Below are positions 19,319 through 27,572 of a DNA stretch of 64,000 bases, piece by piece. Under the pieces are notes generated by a model. That model saw only the letters and a program-made list of their open reading frames with translations, did not search any database and was not told where the DNA came from. Each line of letters starts with the position of its first letter. Position 1 is the first letter of the stretch. Source of the stretch: Candidatus Atabeyarchaeum deiterrae (GTDB lineage: Archaea; Asgardarchaeota; Atabeyarchaeia; Atabeyarchaeales; Atabeyarchaeaceae); contig CP147780.1 of the NCBI GenBank assembly GCA_037310415.1, forward strand, positions 584,701 to 648,700, read 5' to 3'. A program made the position numbers and the translations under genes.

Positions 19319-20329
19319 CTACCCTGTCTCCATTCTTCTTGGTATATGAATTCTGATCTCCATCTCCTTGCATAGGCTCAGAAGCTCCTTCGTGAGATGT
19401 TCAACCTTTGAAAGGTCTCTCTTACTGTTCTTCAACTCGTCTCTTTCCTCTCTTGTAATCGTCTGAACCCGCTTCAGAAGGCTTTCAACACCTTTGATGA
19501 AAACAGAATCTGTCATAGGGAATTTTGCCTTAATCTCGTGATGAACCTGTTCTATATCTTCTCGGCCCTTGAAGACTCTTTTCCTAGCATCCTTGTACTT
19601 GTATACGGTTCCGATAAGCCTTACATCCTGGGCTTTTCTTATTGTTCCATCCTTAATTAGCTCAACAACTTTCTCAACAATCTCTGGATCCGCAACCCTC
19701 CGGATTTCCTGAACCGCCGCATTCTTTACTAACTGTTCGAAGTGGCTGTATTTATCCTTCCTCATTTCTCCGTTCTTGACCATTAACTCAACTGCCTCTA
19801 TTTTCTGCGATATTGAAGCAATATTGTCGCCGGCAACAGCTTCTATCTGTTGCAAAGTCATTTTGTCTTCAACCCTCATCTTGCGGAACAGATTTGCCTT
19901 ATCATATGCATCCCACTTAGCCTTTCCCGCGATGTGCTCCGTGCAAAGCAGTCTGTATATTTCTTCTTGAGAAAGCCTCTCTACAATTACATTGCTCTTG
20001 ATCAACGTCCATTTGTCGTCTCCAGTATCCTTGTGGAGATGACGATAACAACACAATCTTGTGTTTCCTTCTAAGACCTCATGATCATATACTAATACGG
20101 GGTTGATTAACCCCCCATCGTTCTCAATTTGATGATACAACTCGTGAGTCGCGTCCCTTTGCCAAAGTTCCTGATCGATTATGTCATCAGTAACCTGTCC
20201 ACCGTGTTCACTAACAATAGTTGCGATTCTGGGATTTCTTGTGTAGTATCTCAATACGTATATGTCCAGCAACTTGTACTCGTATTTTATCTCCTTTCCT
20301 CTTATCGATAGAGCAATTTGATTTGCCAT
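19319..20329 (-). CDS. ParB/Srx-fold protein, DGQHR-like (EGNTR variant)
   Basis: YYTRNPR box, GGLINPVLV...VLEGNTRLCCY. Paralogous to 22192-23364 (shared KAQDVR segment). Confidence 0.65.
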   Translation of the reverse strand: MANQIALSIRGKEIKYEYKLLDIYVLRYYTRNPRIATIVSEHGGQVTDDIIDQELWQRDATHELYHQIENDGGLINPVLVYDHEVLEGNTRLCCYRHLHKDTGDDKWTLIKSNVIVERLSQEEIYRLLCTEHIAGKAKWDAYDKANLFRKMRVEDKMTLQQIEAVAGDNIASISQKIEAVELMVKNGEMRKDKYSHFEQLVKNAAVQEIRRVADPEIVEKVVELIKDGTIRKAQDVRLIGTVYKYKDARKRVFKGREDIEQVHHEIKAKFPMTDSVFIKGVESLLKRVQTITREERDELKNSKRDLSKVEHLTKELLSLCKEMEIRIHIPRRMETG

Positions 20330-20332
20330 TTT

Positions 20333-21829
20333 CTAACCCCCTAAGATCCTGAGCAAGTCAGCTTTCGACAAATAGCTGCGCTTAAATGTAATGCACTCTG
20401 TGTCGCCCAGAGTATATTTCGCGATCAGTTCCTTCTTCTCCAATATCTCATCAGTATATTCATCTATTGTATCTTTAGCGATAATCTTGAAGACCTTGCA
20501 TGGCTTGGTCTGCGTTATTCTGTGGATCCTGTCTTGCGATTGAAGATAGTCATCCATTTTGAAGGTTCGGTCCACATAGATTGCGTTGTTTGCGGAAGTT
20601 AGAGTTAAACCTTCTTTTGCGGCAGCTGGGTTCGCAATCAGCAACTTGCATCGCTCTTCGTTCATGAACTTCTTTACGATGTTGAGACGATCCATAATTG
20701 GAATCTCTCCGAAAAGCATCTGCGCCCCAAATTCCTTGAAACGATTCCTGAGTGTTCTAATGTTTCCAATGAAACTTGTCCATAAGATTGCTTTCTCTTT
20801 TCGCTCCACAACATCACGAACAAGTCTGTTCAAAACCTTGAACTTGCCCGGTTCCTCATTATACTGAATGTTTAACAAGCCTGGGTTGCTAGCGATTTGA
20901 GTAAGTCGGAGTAGTTTAACCAGATAATTGTCTATCTCTTCCTCGATCTTCTCTCCGTCGGAGTTAGAGATCTCATAGTAGAGTTCACTTCTAGCCTTGT
21001 CATAGGCTATTCTTTGCTTAGGCGCAAGTTCGGCGGTTACGTTCTCAAAAGTTTTTTCGGGAAGCTCCAATACATCCTTCGTTCTTCTAATAGAGACTGG
21101 TCTCAAGGTCTCCCTTAACGATTTTAGACTCAATTCGAATTGGCTCATGTCTTGGGCTCCCTTCAAGTCGACCTTGAATCGCTTTTGGAAAGCGTCAAAG
21201 TCGTCTCCAAGTAGCACGCCACCATCCAAGAAATAGAATTGAGACCACAGGTCTTCTGGTCTATTTGCAATTGGCGTCCCTGTGATTATGATCCTCTTTG
21301 CAACAAGACTCCTCAAGGAGATTACAGCTCTTGCTGTCTTCGATTTTGGGTTTTTCATTTTTTGGGATTCATCAAGAACCATTGCGAATCTTCGCTGCCT
21401 CAACAATAGTTCAATGAACTCGGTCTCCTGAATCAGGGATTCGTAGTTGGCTATATAGAAGTGTCCATAGGTTGTAAGCATGCGACCCCGTTGCATTCTT
21501 GAGCCGTCCAAAACTACTGGAAGGAGATTCGAGTGTTTCTCTATTTCGTCTTTCCACATATATAATAGAGACTTCTTACAAATAATAAGCGCACCGTCTA
21601 TCGTTTTCTCCTTCATGTTTCGGCACAGAGCATCGATGACGATTTTGCTTTTGCCCAGACCCTGCTCATCAAACAATGGCACGTCATTGTGAGTGCTGAC
21701 ATAGTCTGTAGCCTCGATCTGATGTTCAAGAGGCTCGGTTTTCGAGGAGAAATCAAATGTGACTTTCTTAATCAGTCTCAACCAACTCCTCAGGAAGCAC
21801 AATGTACGAGACATTAGTAAGTTTTTCAA
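20333..21829 (-). CDS. SNF2 family helicase
   Basis: Motif I DEQGLGKS, motif II VLDESQ, motif VI QSQDRIHRITQ. The annotated start overlaps the upstream gene by 62 nt, so the true start is probably TTG/ATT near 21780. Confidence 0.85.
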   Translation of the reverse strand: MKNLLMSRTLCFLRSWLRLIKKVTFDFSSKTEPLEHQIEATDYVSTHNDVPLFDEQGLGKSKIVIDALCRNMKEKTIDGALIICKKSLLYMWKDEIEKHSNLLPVVLDGSRMQRGRMLTTYGHFYIANYESLIQETEFIELLLRQRRFAMVLDESQKMKNPKSKTARAVISLRSLVAKRIIITGTPIANRPEDLWSQFYFLDGGVLLGDDFDAFQKRFKVDLKGAQDMSQFELSLKSLRETLRPVSIRRTKDVLELPEKTFENVTAELAPKQRIAYDKARSELYYEISNSDGEKIEEEIDNYLVKLLRLTQIASNPGLLNIQYNEEPGKFKVLNRLVRDVVERKEKAILWTSFIGNIRTLRNRFKEFGAQMLFGEIPIMDRLNIVKKFMNEERCKLLIANPAAAKEGLTLTSANNAIYVDRTFKMDDYLQSQDRIHRITQTKPCKVFKIIAKDTIDEYTDEILEKKELIAKYTLGDTECITFKRSYLSKADLLRILGG

Positions 21830-22187
21830 GACCGAGATCGACCATTAAGCGCAACAAGATGCTTTCTTCGTTTCTGGGCACTCCGATTATTAGTTCAAAT
21901 CTCAGTCCGGATGTAGCCCCAACAATATTCGAATAGTCCAGCAGTTGCTCTCTAGTTCTTTCTGACAACAAGTCATCTCCAGTTTTTGCCTCGCCAATGC
22001 ATAGCACCTTGGTTTCCATGTTTATGCCAATTACATCTGGTCTGTGTCTACCTATCCTCGGGGGAACATGCACCGCTTCACCATGAAATGTGTAATACTG
22101 CCCATCATATGCGACTGGAGCATACCCCTCCTCCCGCATCTTTCTGCCTATTAGGTCAACAAGCATTCGGTGCATCCGCGATGGCAT
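21768..22187 (-). CDS. Small PD-(D/E)xK-like nuclease-fold protein
   Basis: 139 aa with RPDVIG ... CIGEAKT, matching the D...(D/E)xK pattern. No other domain. Confidence 0.5.
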   Translation of the reverse strand: MPSRMHRMLVDLIGRKMREEGYAPVAYDGQYYTFHGEAVHVPPRIGRHRPDVIGINMETKVLCIGEAKTGDDLLSERTREQLLDYSNIVGATSGLRFELIIGVPRNEESILLRLMVDLGLEKLTNVSYIVLPEELVETD

Positions 22188-22191
22188 GTCT

Positions 22192-23364
22192 TCAACTCAC
22201 TTCGAACTTCTTAAACATCTCTGCTATACTCGAAATTTGTTTATATAGCTCGAGAATCAGTTCCTTCTTCTTTGGCTCCTCGCCTGCAACAATGCTCCTT
22301 TCCTCTTCTCGTGACATGCTCTTGAGGCCTTCTATACACTTGTTCATGTGTTCGAACAGTCTCGAAGCATAAGCTGGCATAGACAGACTGAGCTCTTCTT
22401 TTGCGGCGGAGAAACCTTCCTCCTTCAGTACTTTGACAATCTCTTTGTTATCAAACATCTTCTTCAGATCTCGAACGTCTTGAGCACGCACGATCTCCCC
22501 GTTCCCAACCCAATCACAGAAGTCTTTGTCTTCAAGCTCGTGTTTCTTCATTCCATCTATGATCTTCTTGCTCTCGTATTCAACGAAATATGAAAACTTC
22601 GTGAATGGATTGTCTCTGCCTGTGTAGCTTGGCAAAAACTGTTCGGTCATGAGTTTGTATGCTTTTATCCATCTTCTGATGTCGACCAACGAAAGTTTCG
22701 TCGTATCCATAAGTCGCCGTTCGCTGTATCCCCTCTTGTCCCATAGTATGTACAGCATTCTGGCTCTCTCGTAGGCTTGCCAGTCATTCTGTGCGCGTAA
22801 ATGTGCTATGAGGCGGATGAAGTTTCTTGCGCGCTCATCGGTGCCCTCTGGAAGGATCCTTGCCTTGATCTTCGTGTATTCCTCTTTCCTTGGGTACTTG
22901 TCTCTTAATTCTCTGTAGATAATCACTCTTGTGTTGCCATCTATGCACAGATATTTCTCACCTTTCTTCATGACCCAGATCATTTCGACGGCGCCACCGC
23001 CAGCCTCGATGCTGCTCTTCAATCTGTTGTATGCGTCCACATTCTGCTGTTTCAAGAAATAGACCAGGGTTTTTTGATTTGTTGTCTGCCCCGCGCTAAG
23101 ATAGTTGTCTCTTGCGTATCCAATTCTGGGATTCTCTTCATCCAATTCGATCTCGTCTATGGGAATATCATCGATTTCGATCTCTTCTGGCACGCCATCG
23201 ATTGGAACTTCCATTTTGTACCGATCCTTTTCCTCCTTTCTCTCACTCGGCGCCAGAAGTACACTTTTGTCATCAATGTCTTCGGACAACTTGTCACACC
23301 TCTTCTCTACATTTACCCCCTCATGAAGTCGTGCGGTGAACCCCCAGTGAGTCTGGCAAGTCAA
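22192..23364 (-). CDS. ParB/Srx-fold protein, DGQHR-like (DGNTR variant), acidic N-terminus
   Basis: IELDEENPR box and YLCIDGNTRVIIY. The start may be the internal Met (MEVPIDG). First gene of the operon. Confidence 0.65.
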   Translation of the reverse strand: MTCQTHWGFTARLHEGVNVEKRCDKLSEDIDDKSVLLAPSERKEEKDRYKMEVPIDGVPEEIEIDDIPIDEIELDEENPRIGYARDNYLSAGQTTNQKTLVYFLKQQNVDAYNRLKSSIEAGGGAVEMIWVMKKGEKYLCIDGNTRVIIYRELRDKYPRKEEYTKIKARILPEGTDERARNFIRLIAHLRAQNDWQAYERARMLYILWDKRGYSERRLMDTTKLSLVDIRRWIKAYKLMTEQFLPSYTGRDNPFTKFSYFVEYESKKIIDGMKKHELEDKDFCDWVGNGEIVRAQDVRDLKKMFDNKEIVKVLKEEGFSAAKEELSLSMPAYASRLFEHMNKCIEGLKSMSREEERSIVAGEEPKKKELILELYKQISSIAEMFKKFEVS

Positions 23365-23602
23365 GCATTCTGGCAGTCCTTTTAGTGTGATCTTGCCAAA
23401 ACATGTCTATATAGATTACGTTACACTTGAGACATTCACAATCCTCAGAAGAGCCTCGCGCCAAATCTATTCTTAGCTGAAACCATTGCAGGGCGTGGGT
23501 TGAATGTCTCGTCGGTGGACCGATCATAGAATCAATAAAGAGACAGAGAGGATCAGGCGAGTCACGTACTTGTAGTGACCGACCCTGTGACTAGCCTCAT
23601 TA

Positions 23603-23652
23603 TCTTAGGATCGCACCTCTTCATCTTACCCTCAGGAAACACCCGACGACAA
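23603..23652 (-). pseudogene. atpB 3'-end relic (copy D)
   Basis: Reads VFPEGKMKRCDPK. About 40 nt core plus a degenerate extension with a 1-nt indel. Same orientation as copies A-C. Confidence 0.6.
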
Positions 23653-24104
23653 CTCTTAGTTCTGCCAACCATCCTTTCCTAAGACAGAATTGCATCAACT
23701 GGATGCAAGTGGTGAACTGCTTGTGTAGAGAAGAGACAAAAAGATGTGTCGAAGTCATCCATACGCTAGGCGCCGATGCTCAGCGAGACATAATGTAGGA
23801 GCATCCTTTATGATCCGTCGATCTCAACGGAAACAACCTAGCATCAGAATCAATGAATTCGCAGAAATGAGTTCTGGACAGAAAGCTATATAGAAGGTAT
23901 TCTATAACAAATAATGACCGCGACGAATGAAAACAGACCAAAAAGAGAATAAAGAAGAAACAATATAGTAGCGCGACGAGCAGCCCAGTTGGTTTAAGCT
24001 CCGAATGGGGGTTAAAATGGGGAAATCAACAAAGAATTAGTGAAAACACACATAAATTAGACAGCTTTTCTTGATGAGAAGTAAGACAGAAAGGGGGTTT
24101 CGCA

Positions 24105-24524
24105 TTGGAAAGACTTCCCAACACTGAACTATTGGCATTAGTTGCAAGCTATCTCGGAACAATAGAAGGGCGAAAGCGCTTTCAAAAGATCGTGTTTCTC
24201 CTGAAGGAAGAGTCCGCGGTTCAATTCACCTATCCTTTCACTTCGTACCTTTACGGTCCCTACTCTTCAAGACTCCAAGATGACATCGACATCCTCGTAC
24301 GAACTGGCAATCTACAGGAAGAAAAGGCTGGTTCTCTTTTCCGCTACAAGATTACCGACCTGGGACGCAAGAATGCTCATCAAATAGAGAGGACATACAG
24401 GCAGCATCTCGCGAAAGATCTACGTGGCCACCTGAAAGACTTACAGCAACAGGACACCGAGGAATTGGTGAACCGATCGAAAAGAATAATGAACAAGAAA
24501 ATCAAACACAACATTTTCGCTTAA
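24105..24524 (+). CDS. wHTH protein, possibly Panacea/SocA (DUF4065)-like
   Basis: KRFQKIVFLLKEE and YLYGPYSSRLQDDIDILVRTG resemble the DUF4065 pattern (from memory). TTG start after GGGGG. Lies 11 nt upstream of the HD gene. Confidence 0.45.
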   Translation: MERLPNTELLALVASYLGTIEGRKRFQKIVFLLKEESAVQFTYPFTSYLYGPYSSRLQDDIDILVRTGNLQEEKAGSLFRYKITDLGRKNAHQIERTYRQHLAKDLRGHLKDLQQQDTEELVNRSKRIMNKKIKHNIFA

Positions 24525-24535
24525 GGCGAGAAGCA

Positions 24536-25870
24536 ATGTTTTGTGACCCTGAACTCAAGATCAGCATCCCATATGAATACGTAAAAGATCCAATTTATGG
24601 CTATATTAGAGTTTATGAGCACGAGCACAAGATCATCGATACCGAGTCGTTCCAGAGACTTAGACGTATAAAACAGCTAGCCGCGGCGCACTATGTATAT
24701 CCAGGTGCGACACACACACGCTTCTCTCACAGCTTGGGCGTAATGCACCTTTCAGGGCTCTTCGTCAAGCAGTTGCTTGAGTCCTGCAAGAATGAGATTC
24801 CAGATGATACTTTTTTGCGCTATTTCTTCTTAATGAGGCTATGGGGTCTCACCCATGATTTGGGACATGGACCCTACTCTCATACTTTTGACAAAGCGGT
24901 GCTTGAACATATGGGGATAAATCATGAATACATGTCCTCGAAGATTGTCGTGGATGACAATATTATTGCAGAAACCATAGAAAAAGATCTTAGCGACTAC
25001 GACATAAGACCTAAAACACTGTCAGAATACTTGGGTAAGACCCGAGAAGAATGGCCAAAGGGAGAGAAACTAGGTAACACACAACACAATGAATCATCCT
25101 TCTATTACGTACTGAAAGGATCTTATAGCACTGACATTATTGATTACTTGCTCAGAGACAATCTCTATACTGGCGCAGGGTATGGAAACTTCGACTGGCA
25201 ACGATTGATCTTATCTTCATGTCTACACGGCGATGAGGTTGCTCTAGACGTTAGAGCTCGTGATACGTTGGACGCTCTCTTGCTTTCGAGATTATTCTCT
25301 TTCAACACAATCTATTACCATAGATGGTCGAGAGCCGCGGATCACGTAATGAGAGTTTTCTTATCAAAAGCAAACAAGAAAATCGATCTGGCTGACTATG
25401 CCAACGATGTCGAGGAATATAAGAAGCTGGACGAGGAAAGCATTCTCCAAATGAGAGAACTCACTGACATCCCCGAGCGAAAAATGTTGCTTGACAGGGA
25501 AATACCCTTCAGAGAGATTGACAGACGCAAGATCCAGCTCTCCTCTGACATAGCGATTCTGGATGAAGATAACTTGAACTCTAAGCTCTCCGAGACATTG
25601 GAAAGCAGAATCCCTAGTGAAGCGTACTTTGTGGATACACCGAATTTGCCTTTGAACCCAATGAGGGATGAGGACGTCTGTATTGTTGACCACTCATCAT
25701 CGCCAACCGCGGTATGGCACGAGCCTGTCAGGAAAACATCTTGGGGAGAAGTACCTTACTCCGTTTGGATAGTACGACTATACCTAGACAAAAAATATGA
25801 AAAGAATGAGGAAGATGTAAAAAGGGCGTTTCAGGATGCTATCACAGGTAAGAAGGGATCACACTTCTGA
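24536..25870 (+). CDS. HD-domain phosphohydrolase, SAMHD1/dNTPase-like (COG1078-type), island copy
   Basis: HTRFSHSLGVMHL and THDLGHGPYSH motifs. Paralogue of 50396-51679. Confidence 0.8.
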   Translation: MFCDPELKISIPYEYVKDPIYGYIRVYEHEHKIIDTESFQRLRRIKQLAAAHYVYPGATHTRFSHSLGVMHLSGLFVKQLLESCKNEIPDDTFLRYFFLMRLWGLTHDLGHGPYSHTFDKAVLEHMGINHEYMSSKIVVDDNIIAETIEKDLSDYDIRPKTLSEYLGKTREEWPKGEKLGNTQHNESSFYYVLKGSYSTDIIDYLLRDNLYTGAGYGNFDWQRLILSSCLHGDEVALDVRARDTLDALLLSRLFSFNTIYYHRWSRAADHVMRVFLSKANKKIDLADYANDVEEYKKLDEESILQMRELTDIPERKMLLDREIPFREIDRRKIQLSSDIAILDEDNLNSKLSETLESRIPSEAYFVDTPNLPLNPMRDEDVCIVDHSSSPTAVWHEPVRKTSWGEVPYSVWIVRLYLDKKYEKNEEDVKRAFQDAITGKKGSHF

Positions 25871-26566
25871 ATTAGGCCCCTTTTGGTCATGCGACGGTTC
25901 TAATGGTTTTTCTTCTTCATAAACTAGTTATGTAGGAACTGATGTTGATTCAAAGATTCTTGATCTACATCGTTGCCAGTTTTCACTTGTCAAGGAGCTT
26001 CGCAATAGTTCATCCTATCCGTTACTTGGGAATTGACCCTATAAGAGCGTGATTCTCGAACTCGCTAAACCTCGTGAGTATGGACGGTTCTGAACGTTTG
26101 AGAAGTGTGTGAATGCCAGATTTCATATACAGGGTAGCGGAGAGCTCAGTGAAAAAACATGTCGAATAAGAACGTCTGTTAACGCCCTAACCTAAGGTTA
26201 TAGAAAAGGCTATGCAGAAGGAAAATCGAATTCTTATCATGGTCACCCTTGGCAACTAGGGAGAATAGAAATAACAATGAACAAAGACAAGGGAAATTAG
26301 AGGAAACCATGAGTCCCTGGTGACCTTCCCTACGAGCACCATCGATGTACTCAGAATCCAAGAGAGAAGGTTAAGCGGTTGAGGACGCAGGACTATCGGG
26401 CGCCTCTCTCAGGGCTTTCTGCAAAAATGGTATAGGATGAACAGCCACGAATCGAGTAGTAGAAGAAGGCAAGATAAGTATGAGACTATTAATAATATCC
26501 ACGGAGTAGCAGGATTAGTGTGCGGTTGCGCAGGTTGTGATTGATCTATATTGATGGATTCTTCAT

Positions 26567-27352
26567 ATGCATGATTTTCTAAGGGTGGTTTTGTTGAGAA
26601 TGACTAAGCGGAAACATGTAGTAATCGTAGATACAGGATTTAGGCGACTGATTTATCCCTTGGATTCCTCGTTCATAAAGGATTTGGATCCAAAGCGTGT
26701 TAATAGTTGGATTGAGACTGGTTGGAGTATAGACAAGACTGTCATGCTTGAAATAGATTATCCAACCATTCCAGAATATCGTAGTCCTGAAGGCTCAGTC
26801 GCCTCGAACATATTCTCAGGCATAATATATGCATGGAACACGGGTAAATACTACAGGATAGTCACTTTTAGCAAGAGATATTTTGAAGAAGTCGACGAAT
26901 TTAACAGGAAAGTTGAAGTGTATCATGAGGGGCTTCATTTGAGAAGCTATGAGGACTCTCTGCTTACTGGCTCAAGACCTTTGACAGAAGACGATGTTGC
27001 AAGGGCAGAGGTAGAATATGTTAGAAAGACTTATGGTAATGAGGGGTTTGCTGCAAGGGGGAGACACATATTGACTAATGAAGAAGAGTTCAAGAAAGCT
27101 GATGCGATAGCGGGGGTTGTCGCTCTCCTATGGCTCAGAGAATACTTCGAGGAGGAGCAGGCAAGGTACAGCCCGGTATCTTTCTCCATCCCGTCAAATA
27201 GTGAGTTTGTCAACTCCATCAGAAAGACGCACTATTCGATGATGATTCAACCTGTTACAGCATTTTACAGAGCAGCATTCAACCTTGATCCGTCATTGAT
27301 CTTTAGACACTGTTTGAAGAAGATAAACCTGCGCAACGATTCTCCAGAGTGA
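26567..27352 (+). CDS. Hypothetical protein with HExxH motif (possible zinc metallopeptidase)
   Basis: 261-aa ORF. A single HEGLH motif is the only clue. Confidence 0.4.
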   Translation: MHDFLRVVLLRMTKRKHVVIVDTGFRRLIYPLDSSFIKDLDPKRVNSWIETGWSIDKTVMLEIDYPTIPEYRSPEGSVASNIFSGIIYAWNTGKYYRIVTFSKRYFEEVDEFNRKVEVYHEGLHLRSYEDSLLTGSRPLTEDDVARAEVEYVRKTYGNEGFAARGRHILTNEEEFKKADAIAGVVALLWLREYFEEEQARYSPVSFSIPSNSEFVNSIRKTHYSMMIQPVTAFYRAAFNLDPSLIFRHCLKKINLRNDSPE

Positions 27353-27572
27353 GGACCGAATTGCAGAAGGCGATACCGAAAGAAATGATAGAGCCTTTAA
27401 GAGCCAAGTATGAGAGCGAATGGCAGGAAGAGTGGGAGAAGGCAGTTCTAAGGATTATGCTGTTCACTTAATTCCTGTAGAATATGCACTAAATTACGCC
27501 CTACGGGAATACAACACAGACACACCTCGCAGGAAGGCCAAAAAAGAAGGGTCAGACAGCCAAAAAAGAGGA

